Origin: an uncultured Acidimicrobiia bacterium
GTDB taxonomy: Bacteria; Actinomycetota; Acidimicrobiia; IMCC26256; JAENVU01
Direction: 5' to 3'
Assembly (NCBI GenBank): GCA_963796755.1
Contig: CAWCMX010000001.1
Location: 1,491,995 to 1,555,994, forward strand
Length of the DNA: 64,000 nt
Below are positions 54,911 through 64,000 of this stretch, piece by piece. Numbering within the stretch: position 1 is the first letter of the stretch; every line of letters begins with the position of its first letter. The position numbers and the translations under genes were made by a program. The notes beneath the pieces are model-generated. The model was given only the letters and a program-made list of their open reading frames with translations, was not told the origin of the DNA and did no database searches.

Positions 54911-56234
54911 GTGAGCGCGAACAGATCAAGGAGCGCCGCGTGCCTGGGGCCGGTAATCGTCGGGACCCAGTGGGGCGACGAAGGCAAGGGTCGGTTCACC
55001 GACTATCTGGCCAAGGAAGCTTCGCTGTGCGTCCGGTACCAGGGCGGACACAACGCCGGTCACACCCTCGTGGTGGACGGCGAGGTGTTCAAGCTGCAGC
55101 TCGTGCCGAGCGGTGTCCTCTACCCCTGGGTCGTGCCCGTCATCGGCAACGGCGTGGTCGTGGACCCGGCCGTCCTGCTCGACGAGCTGGACATGCTCGA
55201 GACCAAGGGCATCGACAGCCGCCGCATCCGGCTGTCCGGCAACGCGCACCTGATCATGCCGTACCACCAGGAGCTCGATCGGCTCACCGAGCGCTACCTC
55301 GGCAAGAACAAGCTCGGCACCACCAAGCGCGGGATCGGCCCGACGTACGCGGACAAGGCGATGCGCGTCGGCCTCCGGGTGCAGGACCTGCTGGACCCGA
55401 AGATCTTCCGCGAGAAGCTCGACCTCGTGCTGCGCGAGAAGAACGGTGTGCTCACCAAGGTCTACAACCGACTGCCGATGAGCGCCGACGACATCGCGGC
55501 GCAGTACCTCGGCTACGTGGACCGGCCTCGCGCCGCTGATCGACGACACCGTGCACCTGGTGCACGAAGCACTCGACATCGGTCAGTGGGTCCTGTTCGA
55601 GAGCGCGCAGGCGACCTATCTCGACCTCGACCACGGCACGTATCCGTTCGTGACGTCCAGCAACCCGGTGGCCGGAGGTGTCGGTGCCGGTGCGGGGGTC
55701 GGCCCGCGCGCGATCGAGCGCATCACGGGGATCGTCAAGGCGTACGTGACCCGGGTCGGCAGTGGCCCCTTCCCGACCGAGCTCTTCGAGGGTGACGAAG
55801 TCGGCGACGTGCTGGTCGAGCGGGGCCGCGAGTTCGGTACCAACACCGGCCGCCGGCGCCGGCCGGGCTGGCTCGACCTCGTGATGCTCAAGCACGCGAC
55901 GCGCCTCAACACCTGCACCGAGCTCGCCATCACCAAGCTCGACGTGCTGTCGCCGTTGCCCGAGCTGAAGGTGTGCGTCGCGTACGAAGACGAATCCGGC
56001 ACCCGGTACGACCACGTTCCGTACCACCAATCGGTCCTGCACAAGGTGCGACCGATCTACGAGACGCTGCCCGGTTGGCAGGTCGACGTCGAGCGGGCCG
56101 AGCGGATCGAGGATCTTCCCGCTGCGGCGCGCGACTACGTGCACTTCATCGAGCAGTACACCGGCGTGCACGTGAGCTTCGTGTCGGTCGGTCCCGCGCG
56201 CGACCAGTGCGTCGTGCTGCCCCGCGCCGCCTAG
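54911..56234 (+). CDS. purA: Adenylosuccinate synthase; one apparent frameshift near 55525 and an uncertain start
   Basis: Reads [36 protein letters not shown].., then ..[43 protein letters not shown] plus GTG at 54940 would fit if one G of the GGGG run were an insertion. Confidence 0.9.
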
Positions 56235-57498
56235 TGAACGTCCTCGTCGTCGGATCGGGCGGCCGCGAGCACGCGCTCGCGTGGGGGCTGCACGCGCTCC
56301 GCGGTCGTCGACTCGGTCGTCTGTGCGCCCGGGAACCCCGGCATGGCCGCGCTCGGCGCGTGCCTGGACCTGGACGACGCCCTCGAGAGCCTCGACGAGT
56401 TCGAGCTCGTCGTCATCGGTCCGGAGGCTCCCCTCGTCGAAGGGCTCGCCGACGAGCTGCGCGCGGGTGGCGCCGCGGTCTTCGGCCCGTCGGCTGCTGC
56501 CGCACGCCTGGAGGGCTCGAAGGCCTGGATGAAGGAGCTCCTCGACGACGCCGGCGTGCCGAGCGCCCGTCACCACGCGTTCGACGCGACCCAGGAGGCC
56601 GAGGCGCTCGCGTACCTCGAGACGATGCCCGGGCTCTACGTGGTGAAGACCGACGGGCTCGCGCAGGGCAAGGGGGTCGTCGTCACCGAGTCGCTTGCCG
56701 ACGCACGTGACGCGGTGCGGGCGTATCTCTCCGGCGCGGCGTTCGGTGACGCGGGCCGCACGCTCGTCATCGAAGAGGGGCTGAGCGGGCCGGAGATCTC
56801 GCTGCTCGTGCTGTGTGACGGATCCACCACCGGCGTCCCGCTCGCGCCGGCGCAGGACTTCAAGCGGATCGGTGATGGCGACGCGGGCTTGAACACCGGC
56901 GGGATGGGCGCGTACTCCCCCGTGCCCATCGCCGACCGCGGGCCTGGTCGACGAGGTGATGAGCACCGCGGTCGAACCGACGCTGCAGGCGCTCGCGGCG
57001 CGCGACATCGAGTACCGGGGTGTGCTCTACGCGGGGCTCATGCTGACGCCGGAGGGCACCAAGGTGCTCGAGTACAACGTGCGCTTCGGTGATCCCGAGT
57101 GCCAGGTCGTGATCCCCCGCATGGCCAGCGACCTCGCCGCGCACTGCGCGGAGGCGGCGACCGGCCGCCTGAGCACGCCGGTCCGATTCCGGCACGACGC
57201 CTGCGTGACGGTCGTGCTCGCGTCCGAGAGCTACCCGGGCCCGCCGCGCACCGGTGACGTGATCACCGGCCTCGAGGCGGCGAGTGCGCTCGACGGCGTG
57301 CAGGTCTTCCAGGCCGGGACGAAGCGTGACGGTGACGTGATCCGGACGGCCGGCGGGCGCGTGCTCGCGGTCAGCGCGATCGGACCGACGGTCGCCGCCG
57401 CCCGCACTCGCGCGTACGACGCCGTCGGCCGCATCTCGTGGCCGCGGATGCAGCACCGCACCGACATTGCCGCCGCTGTGACCACGGAGGCCACATGA
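56234..57498 (+). CDS. purD: Phosphoribosylamine-glycine ligase; two apparent frameshifts
   Basis: Pieces read [17 protein letters not shown].., ..VVIGPEAPLVEGLADELR..GSKAWMKE..VVKTDGLAQGKGV.., and ..GVLYAGLMLT..G.KVLEYNVRFGDPE. Confidence 0.85.
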
Positions 57499-58805
57499 TC
57501 CCCCGCTACTCCCTGCCCGAGATGGCCGACCTCTTCACCGACCAGGCCCGCTACCGCGCGTGGCTCGATGTCGAGATCCTCGCGACCGAGGCGTGGGCCG
57601 AGCTCGGCGTCGTCCCGAAGGAGGCCGCGGTCGCGGTGCGCGAGCGGGCCGGCTTCGACGTCGAGGCGATCGAGGCGCGCGAGCTGGTGACCGAGCACGA
57701 CGTCGCCGCGTTCGTGGACGTGGTCCAGGAGCGGGTCGGTCAGCCGGAGGGCACCTGGGTGCACTACGGGCTCACATCGAGCGACGTGGTGGACACCGCG
57801 CTCTCGCTCCAGCTGTCCCGGGCCGCCGATCTCCTCGTCGAAGCCGCGGTCGAGCTCGACGCGGCGATCACGAAGCAGGCCCATGAGTACCGCGACACAC
57901 CGATGGTGGGCCGCACGCACGGCATCCACGCCGAGCCGACGACGTTCGGCGTGAAGCTCGCGCTCTGGGCGCTCCAGGTCCGACGCGACATCGAGCGGTT
58001 GCGGCGGGCGCGCGCGGTGATCTCGGTCGGCAAGCTCTCGGGCGCCGTGGGCACGTACTCGAACGTGGATCCCTTCGTCGAGCAGTACGTGTGCGAGCGC
58101 CTGAACCTGACCGCGGTGCCGGCGACCCAGGTGCTGGCGCGTGATCGCCACGCGGAGCTGCTCTACGCGTGCGCCAGCGTCGGCGCGAGCATCGAGCAGT
58201 TCGCGACGGAGATCCGTCACCTCCAACGGACCGAGGTGCGCGAGGTCGAGGAGCCGTTCCGGGCCGGCAAGCAAAAGGGCTCCTCGGCGATGCCCCACAA
58301 GCGGAACCCGGTCAAGAGCGAGCAGCTCAGCGGGCTCGCCCGCGTGCTGCGCGGCAACCTCGGCGCCGGGCTCGAGAACGTCGCGCTGTGGCACGAGCGC
58401 GACATCTCGCACTCGTCGGTCGAGCGGATCATCCTGCCCGACTCGTGCGCGCTCGCCTACTACGTGCTCGTGAAGTTCCGTTCGATCGTCGAGGGCATGC
58501 ACGTCTACCCCGAGCGGATGATCGAGAACATGGACGCGAGCTACGGACTGGTCTTCAGCCAGCCGGTCCTGCTCGCGCTGGTGGAGTCCGGCCAGTCCCG
58601 GGACGACGCCTACCGCGTCGTGCAGCGCAACGCCCTGCGGACCTGGGAGGAACGCCGGCCGTTCATCGACGTGCTGCGCGAGGACCCGGAGATCACGAAG
58701 ACGCTCACCGATGAGCAGCTGCTCGCGTGCTTCGACCTGAAGCGGGCGATCGCCAACGTCGGGCGCACGTTCGAGGCGCTCGACCACCCGACGGGAAACG
58801 TTTGA
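57495..58805 (+). CDS. purB: Adenylosuccinate lyase
   Basis: Intact reading from the ATG that overlaps the purD stop (ATGA): MIPRYSLPEM..GLTSSDVVDTA..GSSAMPHKRNP. Confidence 0.95.
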   Translation: MIPRYSLPEMADLFTDQARYRAWLDVEILATEAWAELGVVPKEAAVAVRERAGFDVEAIEARELVTEHDVAAFVDVVQERVGQPEGTWVHYGLTSSDVVDTALSLQLSRAADLLVEAAVELDAAITKQAHEYRDTPMVGRTHGIHAEPTTFGVKLALWALQVRRDIERLRRARAVISVGKLSGAVGTYSNVDPFVEQYVCERLNLTAVPATQVLARDRHAELLYACASVGASIEQFATEIRHLQRTEVREVEEPFRAGKQKGSSAMPHKRNPVKSEQLSGLARVLRGNLGAGLENVALWHERDISHSSVERIILPDSCALAYYVLVKFRSIVEGMHVYPERMIENMDASYGLVFSQPVLLALVESGQSRDDAYRVVQRNALRTWEERRPFIDVLREDPEITKTLTDEQLLACFDLKRAIANVGRTFEALDHPTGNV

Positions 58806-58809
58806 GACG

Positions 58810-59689
58810 ATGACGATCACGCTTCCGCACGAGTACCGAGGCAAGGTCCGGGACCTCTACGACGTCGGCGACGGTCGCCTGCTCTTGGTCGCATCGGACC
58901 GGGTGTCCGTGTTCGACGTGGTGCTGCCGGACGCGATCCCGGACAAGGGGAGGGTCCTGACTGCGATCTCGTCGTTCTGGTTCGACCAGGTCGCGGACCT
59001 GCTCCCCAACCACGTGATCTCGGTCGACCCGGCCGACTTCCCGGCTGCGGCCCGGCCCGATGCCGACGGCCGGGCGATGCTCGTGCGGCGCACGGCTCCG
59101 GTGCAGATGGAGTGCATCGCCCGCGGCTACCTCTTCGGGGGCGCCTGGGCCGAGTACCGGGAGCACGGCACGGTGCAGGGCCGGGTCATGCCCACCGGGA
59201 TGCAGGAAGCCGAGCGGCTTCCCGAGACGCTCTTCACGCCGACGACGAAGGCGGAGGAAGGTCACGACCTGCCGATGTCCGACGCCGAGGCGATCGACGC
59301 GGTCGGCGCGGACACCTTCAACCGGCTGCGGGATGCCTCGCTCGCGATCTACGACGCGGGGTGTGGCCATCGCGGAGCCCCGCGGCATCATCCTCGCGGA
59401 CACCAAGTTCGAGTTCGGGCTCGCGCCGGACGGGGAGCTGCTCCTCATCGACGAGGTGCTCACCCCCGACTCGTCGCGGTACTGGCCGGCCGAGGAGTAC
59501 GCGGTCGGAGGGTCGCCGCCCTCGTTCGACAAGCAGTACGTCCGCGACTACTACCTGACCCTCGACTGGGACCGGACCGCGCCCGCGCCGGCGCTGCCCG
59601 ACGCGGTGATCGCGGGCACCCGACAGCGCTACGTCGAGGCCTACGAACGGCTCACCGGCCAGTCCTTCGCGGACTGGTACGGCGGATAG
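58810..59689 (+). CDS. purC: Phosphoribosylaminoimidazole-succinocarboxamide synthase; one apparent frameshift near 59355
   Basis: Reads [27 protein letters not shown].., then ..[12 protein letters not shown]......[15 protein letters not shown]. Confidence 0.9.
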
Positions 59690-59699
59690 TCTCGAAGTC

Positions 59700-59960
59700 A
59701 TGGCGGCGTTTGAGGCTCGGATCGATGTCAGTCACCTGCCGGGCATCCTCGACCCGCAGGGCGCGACCGTCGAGAAGGCGCTCCCGGCGCTCGGCTACAC
59801 GAACGTGACGCAGGTCTCGGTCGGCAAGAGCATCCGGCTCGTGGTCGACGCCGAGAGCGAAAGCGCGGCGCGCGCGCAGGTCGACGAGATGTGCCATCGC
59901 CTCCTCGCCAACCCGGTCATCGAAGCGTTCACCATCTCGATCTCGGAGCTGGTGCCATGA
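59700..59960 (+). CDS. purS: FGAM synthase subunit PurS
   Basis: Intact 86-aa ORF reading ..LPGILDPQG.TVEKAL..LGY..V..V.VGK... Confidence 0.9.
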   Translation: MAAFEARIDVSHLPGILDPQGATVEKALPALGYTNVTQVSVGKSIRLVVDAESESAARAQVDEMCHRLLANPVIEAFTISISELVP

Positions 59961-60652
59961 GCGCAGCGGTCCGGATCGGTGTCGTCCAGTTCCCCGGCAC
60001 GAATTGCGAGCTCGACGTGCTGCACGCAGTCGAGCAGCTGGGCGGATCGGCAGAGATCCTCTTCCACGCCGAGCGCAGCCTGCGCGGGGTCGACGCCGTC
60101 GTCGTTCCCGGCGGCTTCGCGCACGGTGACTACCTCCGGACCGGGGCGATCGCCCGGTTCTCCCCGGTCATGGAGTCGGTCGCCGAGCTCGCGGCGTCGG
60201 GCGGCCCGGTGGTCGGCATCTGCAACGGCTTCCAGGTGCTCTGCGAGGCCGGCCTGCTCCCGGGCGCGCTGCAGAAGAACGCGAGCCTGAAGTTCCTGTG
60301 CGAGACCGTCGAGCTGCGGGTCGAGAGCACCGCGTCCGTCCTGACCGGCGCCGCGGCCATCGGCGACGTGCTGCGCATCCCGATCAACCACTTCGAGGGC
60401 AACTACGTCTGCTCGCCCGAGACGCTCGCCGAGCTGCAGTCCGAACAGCGGATCGTCCTGCGCTACGTGACGAACCCGAACGGCAGCCTCGACGACATCG
60501 CGGGGATCCGAAACGCCGAGGGCAACGTCGTCGGCCTCATGCCCCACCCCGAGCGGGCGAGCGACCTGTTGCTCGGATCCGATGACGGTGTGGTGCTCCT
60601 GCGCTCACTGCTCGACGCGGCGGCGAAGCGCTCGGCGCTCATCGCTTCATGA
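59957..60652 (+). CDS. purQ: FGAM synthase glutaminase subunit PurQ
   Basis: The ATG overlaps the purS stop. Reads RIGVVQFPGTNCE..VVVPGGFAHGDYLR..GICNGFQVL.EAGLLPG..HFEGNY..MPHPER. Confidence 0.9.
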   Translation: MSAAVRIGVVQFPGTNCELDVLHAVEQLGGSAEILFHAERSLRGVDAVVVPGGFAHGDYLRTGAIARFSPVMESVAELAASGGPVVGICNGFQVLCEAGLLPGALQKNASLKFLCETVELRVESTASVLTGAAAIGDVLRIPINHFEGNYVCSPETLAELQSEQRIVLRYVTNPNGSLDDIAGIRNAEGNVVGLMPHPERASDLLLGSDDGVVLLRSLLDAAAKRSALIAS

Positions 60653-61215
60653 CGAGCGACGACGCCACGACCACCATGCGCCCGGCCCAGGCCGCGCTCG
60701 CGGCGGCGTTGCGCGAGCACGCGATCCGCGAAGGCGAGTTCACGCTGGCGTCCGGGCGCACGTCGAGCTGGTACCTGGACGGCCGGCAGGTCACGTTCCG
60801 AGGTGACTGCATCCAGATCGTCGGCGAAGCGATCGTCGAAGCCGTCGGGTCGATCGAGTTCGACGCCGTCGGTGGCCTCGCGGTCGGCGCGGTGCCCGTC
60901 GGGCTCGCAGTTGCGCTCGTAACCGGGGCGCGCAGCTTCGCGGTCCGCAAGGAAGCCAAGGGCCACGGGGTCGGCGGGCGGATGGCCGGTCCGATCGAGC
61001 CGGGCGACCGGGTGCTCGTCGTCGAGGACACCGCCACCTCCGGCGGGTCGCTGCTGGACTCGGTCGACGCGATCGCCGAGTTCGGCTGCGACATCGTGGC
61101 CGCGTCGCTCCTGCTCGACCGGGGCGGCGAGGTCGGCGCCGCGCTCGAGGCCCGCGGCATCCCGTACCGCCCGGTGCTGGTCGGCCCGGACCTCGGGTAC
61201 CCGTTCGGCTCGTGA
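60649..61215 (+). CDS. pyrE: Orotate phosphoribosyltransferase-like type I PRTase embedded in the pur operon
   Basis: Intact 188-aa ORF reading [19 protein letters not shown].. with PRPP motif [14 protein letters not shown]. Start and stop overlap purQ (ATGA) and purL (GTGA). Confidence 0.75.
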   Translation: MTSDDATTTMRPAQAALAAALREHAIREGEFTLASGRTSSWYLDGRQVTFRGDCIQIVGEAIVEAVGSIEFDAVGGLAVGAVPVGLAVALVTGARSFAVRKEAKGHGVGGRMAGPIEPGDRVLVVEDTATSGGSLLDSVDAIAEFGCDIVAASLLLDRGGEVGAALEARGIPYRPVLVGPDLGYPFGS

Positions 61216-63524
61216 CGCGCCTCGACCCGACCCCCGCCGAGCTGCCCCTCCACATCCAGCTCGGCATGACCGACGACGAGCTCGCGGCGGTCGTCGACGA
61301 GCTCGGCCGCCAGCCGACCGGCCTCGAGCTCGCCATGTACTCGGTGATGTGGTCCGAGCACTGCTCCTACAAGTCCTCGCGAGCGCACCTCGGCCGGCTG
61401 CCGACGGAAGCGCCCTGGGTGCTCGTCGGCCCGGGCGAAGGTGCCGGCGTCATCGATGTGGGCGAGGGGATCGCCGTCGCGATCCGGATCGAGAGCCACA
61501 ACCACCCGTCCGCCGTCGAGCCGTACCAGGGCGCGGCCACCGGAGTCGGTGGGATCATCCGCGACATCTTCTCGATGGGCGCGCGGCCGATCGCGGTGAT
61601 GGACCCGTTGCGCTTCGGGCCACTGGACGATCCCCGCACCCGCTACCTGTTCGAAGGCGTGGTCAGTGGCATCAGCGGCTACGGCAACGCGGTCGGCGTG
61701 CCCACGGTCGGCGGTGAGGTCGTGTTCGACGAGTGCTACTCGGGCAACCCGCTCGTGAACGTCCTCTGCCTCGGCGTGCTGCCGAAGGAGCGGCTGATCC
61801 TCGCCCGCGCCGAAGGCGCCGGGAACCTCGCGGTGCTGATGGGCTCGTCCACCGGGCGCGACGGGATCGGCGGCGCGAGCGTGCTCGCGTCCGCCGGGTT
61901 CGTCGAGGGCTCCGAGGCCAAGCGGCCGTCGGTGCAGGTCGGCGACCCCTTCGAGGAGAAGAAGCTCATCGAGGCGTGCCTCGAGCTGCTCGACGCAGGG
62001 CTCGCGATCGGCGTGCAGGACCTCGGGGCGGCCGGGCTCTCGTGCGCCGCCTCGGAGACCGCGGCCAAGACCGGCGCGGGGATGGACGTCGACGTCGCTC
62101 GCGTGTCTCGAAGCGGGAGCCGGGGATGAATCCCGTCGAGGCGCTCACCTCCGAGAGCCAGGAGCGCATGCTCGCGATCGTGACGCCGGAGAACCTCGAC
62201 GCGGTGCTCGCCCTCTGCGCGCGCTGGGAGATCCGGGCCACGGTGGTCGGACGGGTGACGGACTCCGGGCGCTTCCGCGTCTACGACGGCTACTTCGACG
62301 CGGTCGGAGTGCCGGGGACGAACCCGGCGCCGCCGCCGGGCGACGATCCGCCCGTCGTCTCCTCGGACAACCAGCCGGTGGCGGACGTCCCGATCGGCAG
62401 CCTGGGCGACGGTCCGCTCTACCACCGCCCGCTCGCGCCGCCCGCCGACCTGGCCGAGCGGCAGGCCGCGGATCCCCGCGCCGAGCTGCTGCGCCGCTTC
62501 CCGCCGGGCCAGGACCTGGCCGCCGAGCTGCTCGACCTGCTCGCGTCCCCCAACATCGCGGACAAGAGCTGGGTCTGGCGCCAGTACGACCACCAGCTGT
62601 TCCTCAACACGGTCGCGGGTCCGGGCGGCGACGCGACCGTCCTGCGCCTGAAGGAGACGACTGCGAGCGCGCTCGCGCTGTCGGTCGACGGCAAGGGCCG
62701 CTTCTCCGCGCTGGACCCGCGCGTCGGGGCCCAGCTCGCGGTGCTCGAGGCGGCGCGCAACGTCGCCTGCAGCGGGGCCCGCCCGCTCGCGCTCGTCAAC
62801 TGCCTGAACTTCGGGAACCCGGAGCACGCCGAGGTGATGTGGCAGTTCTCCGAGACCATCGACGGGATGGGTGAGGCGTGTCGGGCGCTCGGCGTGCCGG
62901 TCGTCGGCGGCAACGTCAGCTTCTACAACGAGTCGCACGGCGTGGACATCGACCCCACCCCCGTCGTCGGGGTGATCGGGTCTGATCGACCGGCTGCTGA
63001 CCCCGCCACCGGGCATCGGGCTGCGCGACGGCGACCGCATCGTCATGCTCGGTGAGACCCGGCCCGAGCTCGGCGGCTCCGAGTGGGCCAACCGCCACGA
63101 CCTGCCCGGCGGTCGTCCGCCCGCGGCGGACCTCGAGGCCGGCCGGCTGCTCCACGAGCTGGTCGCGGGGCTGGTCACCGACCGGATGGTCAACGGGCTC
63201 CACGACTGCTCGGACGGCGGGGTCGCGATCGCGCTGGCCGAGATGGCGATCGCCTCCGGCGTGGGCTTCCGCGTGTCCGTCGGCGACGCGGCGATGTGCT
63301 TCTCCGAGTCGGCATCGCGCGTCGTGCTCTCCGTCGCTCCCGACCGGCTGAACGAGGTGCTGGGGCGCGCCGGTTCCGGACGGGTCCCGGCGATGATCCT
63401 GGGTGACGCCGGTGGTGCCGACCTCCACGCGGTCGGGGTGTTCTCGGTCACGCTGGCCGCCGCCGACCACGCGTGGCGCGACGCGATCCCTTCGATCATG
63501 CGTGCCACGCCGGTCGTGGGATAA
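61212..63524 (+). CDS. purL: FGAM synthase subunit PurL; two apparent frameshifts near 62115 and 62985
   Basis: Reads [51 protein letters not shown].., then ..ESQERML.., DHQ..NTV.., NCLNFGNPE. Confidence 0.9.
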
Positions 63525-64000
63525 TGGCGCCTGTGCTTCCCGCGCGAAGGCACGACCCCGCCCCTCCCCTCGACGAGACCCCGGGCCATGCCTGTGGTGT
63601 CTTCGGCGTGTACGGGCCCGGTCAGAACGTCTCGCAGCTGACCTACCTCGGGCTGTTCGCGCTGCAGCACCGGGGCCAGGAGTCCGCCGGGATCGCGGTG
63701 AGCGACGGCGAGACCATCACCGTCGCGAAGGACATGGGCCTCGTCACCCAGGTGTTCGACGAGCGCCGGCTCGCTCCGCTCCAGGGCCACCTCGCGATCG
63801 GTCACAACCGCTACTCGACGACGGGGTCGTCGTCCTGGCAGAACGCGCAGCCGGTGTACCGGTCCGTCGGGGACGCCGGCTTCGCGCTCGGTCACAACGG
63901 CAACCTGACCAACACCGCGGATCTCGCCTCCGGTCTCGGGATGCTCCCCGGCATGACGCCCGACGAGACCAACTTCGACTCCACGACGGACTCCGCGCTC
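63524..64000 (+). CDS. purF: Amidophosphoribosyltransferase, 5' part; runs off the window
   Basis: The ATG overlaps the purL TAA. Reads MAPVLP..ETPGHACGVFGVYG..LQHRGQESAGIAVSDG..GHLAIGHNRYSTTG. The Ntn Cys follows a propeptide. Confidence 0.9.
   Translation, partial: MAPVLPARRHDPAPPLDETPGHACGVFGVYGPGQNVSQLTYLGLFALQHRGQESAGIAVSDGETITVAKDMGLVTQVFDERRLAPLQGHLAIGHNRYSTTGSSSWQNAQPVYRSVGDAGFALGHNGNLTNTADLASGLGMLPGMTPDETNFDSTTDSAL

Overview
This is a high-GC (about 70%) chromosomal window from an actinobacterium. It consists mainly of conserved housekeeping blocks. On the minus strand these are cwlM-trxA-trxB, an ECF sigma/anti-sigma pair, a Ser/Thr kinase, degV, murJ, a large Rv3909-like secreted protein and a GNAT. 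Next come an HDAC-family gene, pilT and cca on the plus strand, then osmC, a methyltransferase, ino1 and padR on the minus strand. Further blocks are DUF5318, panB and rpsF-ssb-rpsR-rplI-dnaB; nucS; dcd-tag; dnaK-grpE-dnaJ-hspR-clpB; and purA-purD-purB-purC-purS-purQ-(pyrE)-purL-purF. Three parts are accessory or unusual. (1) A 5.9 kb integrative mobilizable element sits in tRNA-Gly(CCC). It is bounded by a perfect 44-bp direct repeat of the tRNA 3' half and carries int, xis, a TrwC/MobF relaxase-helicase and a low-GC three-gene cargo of unknown function. (2) Two tandem cobalamin riboswitches, an apparent leader duplication, precede a secreted alpha/alpha-toroid (prenyltransferase-like) protein. 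(3) A roughly 10 kb co-directional minus-strand cluster encodes a sulfatase-like protein, a membrane protein, a stand-alone KAS, a PAS-GGDEF-EAL protein and a DegT aminotransferase. Several strong palindromes look like operators: upstream of padR/ino1, and upstream of dnaK and clpB. One caveat matters throughout. By my manual reading, roughly half of the CDS, including essential genes, change reading frame once or more while the conserved protein sequence continues uninterrupted. This looks like assembly indel error rather than biology. CDS ends near these shifts are therefore approximate, and gene products were inferred by stitching frames from the supplied ORF track. No CRISPR array or rRNA was seen, and the only complete tRNA is tRNA-Gly(CCC).
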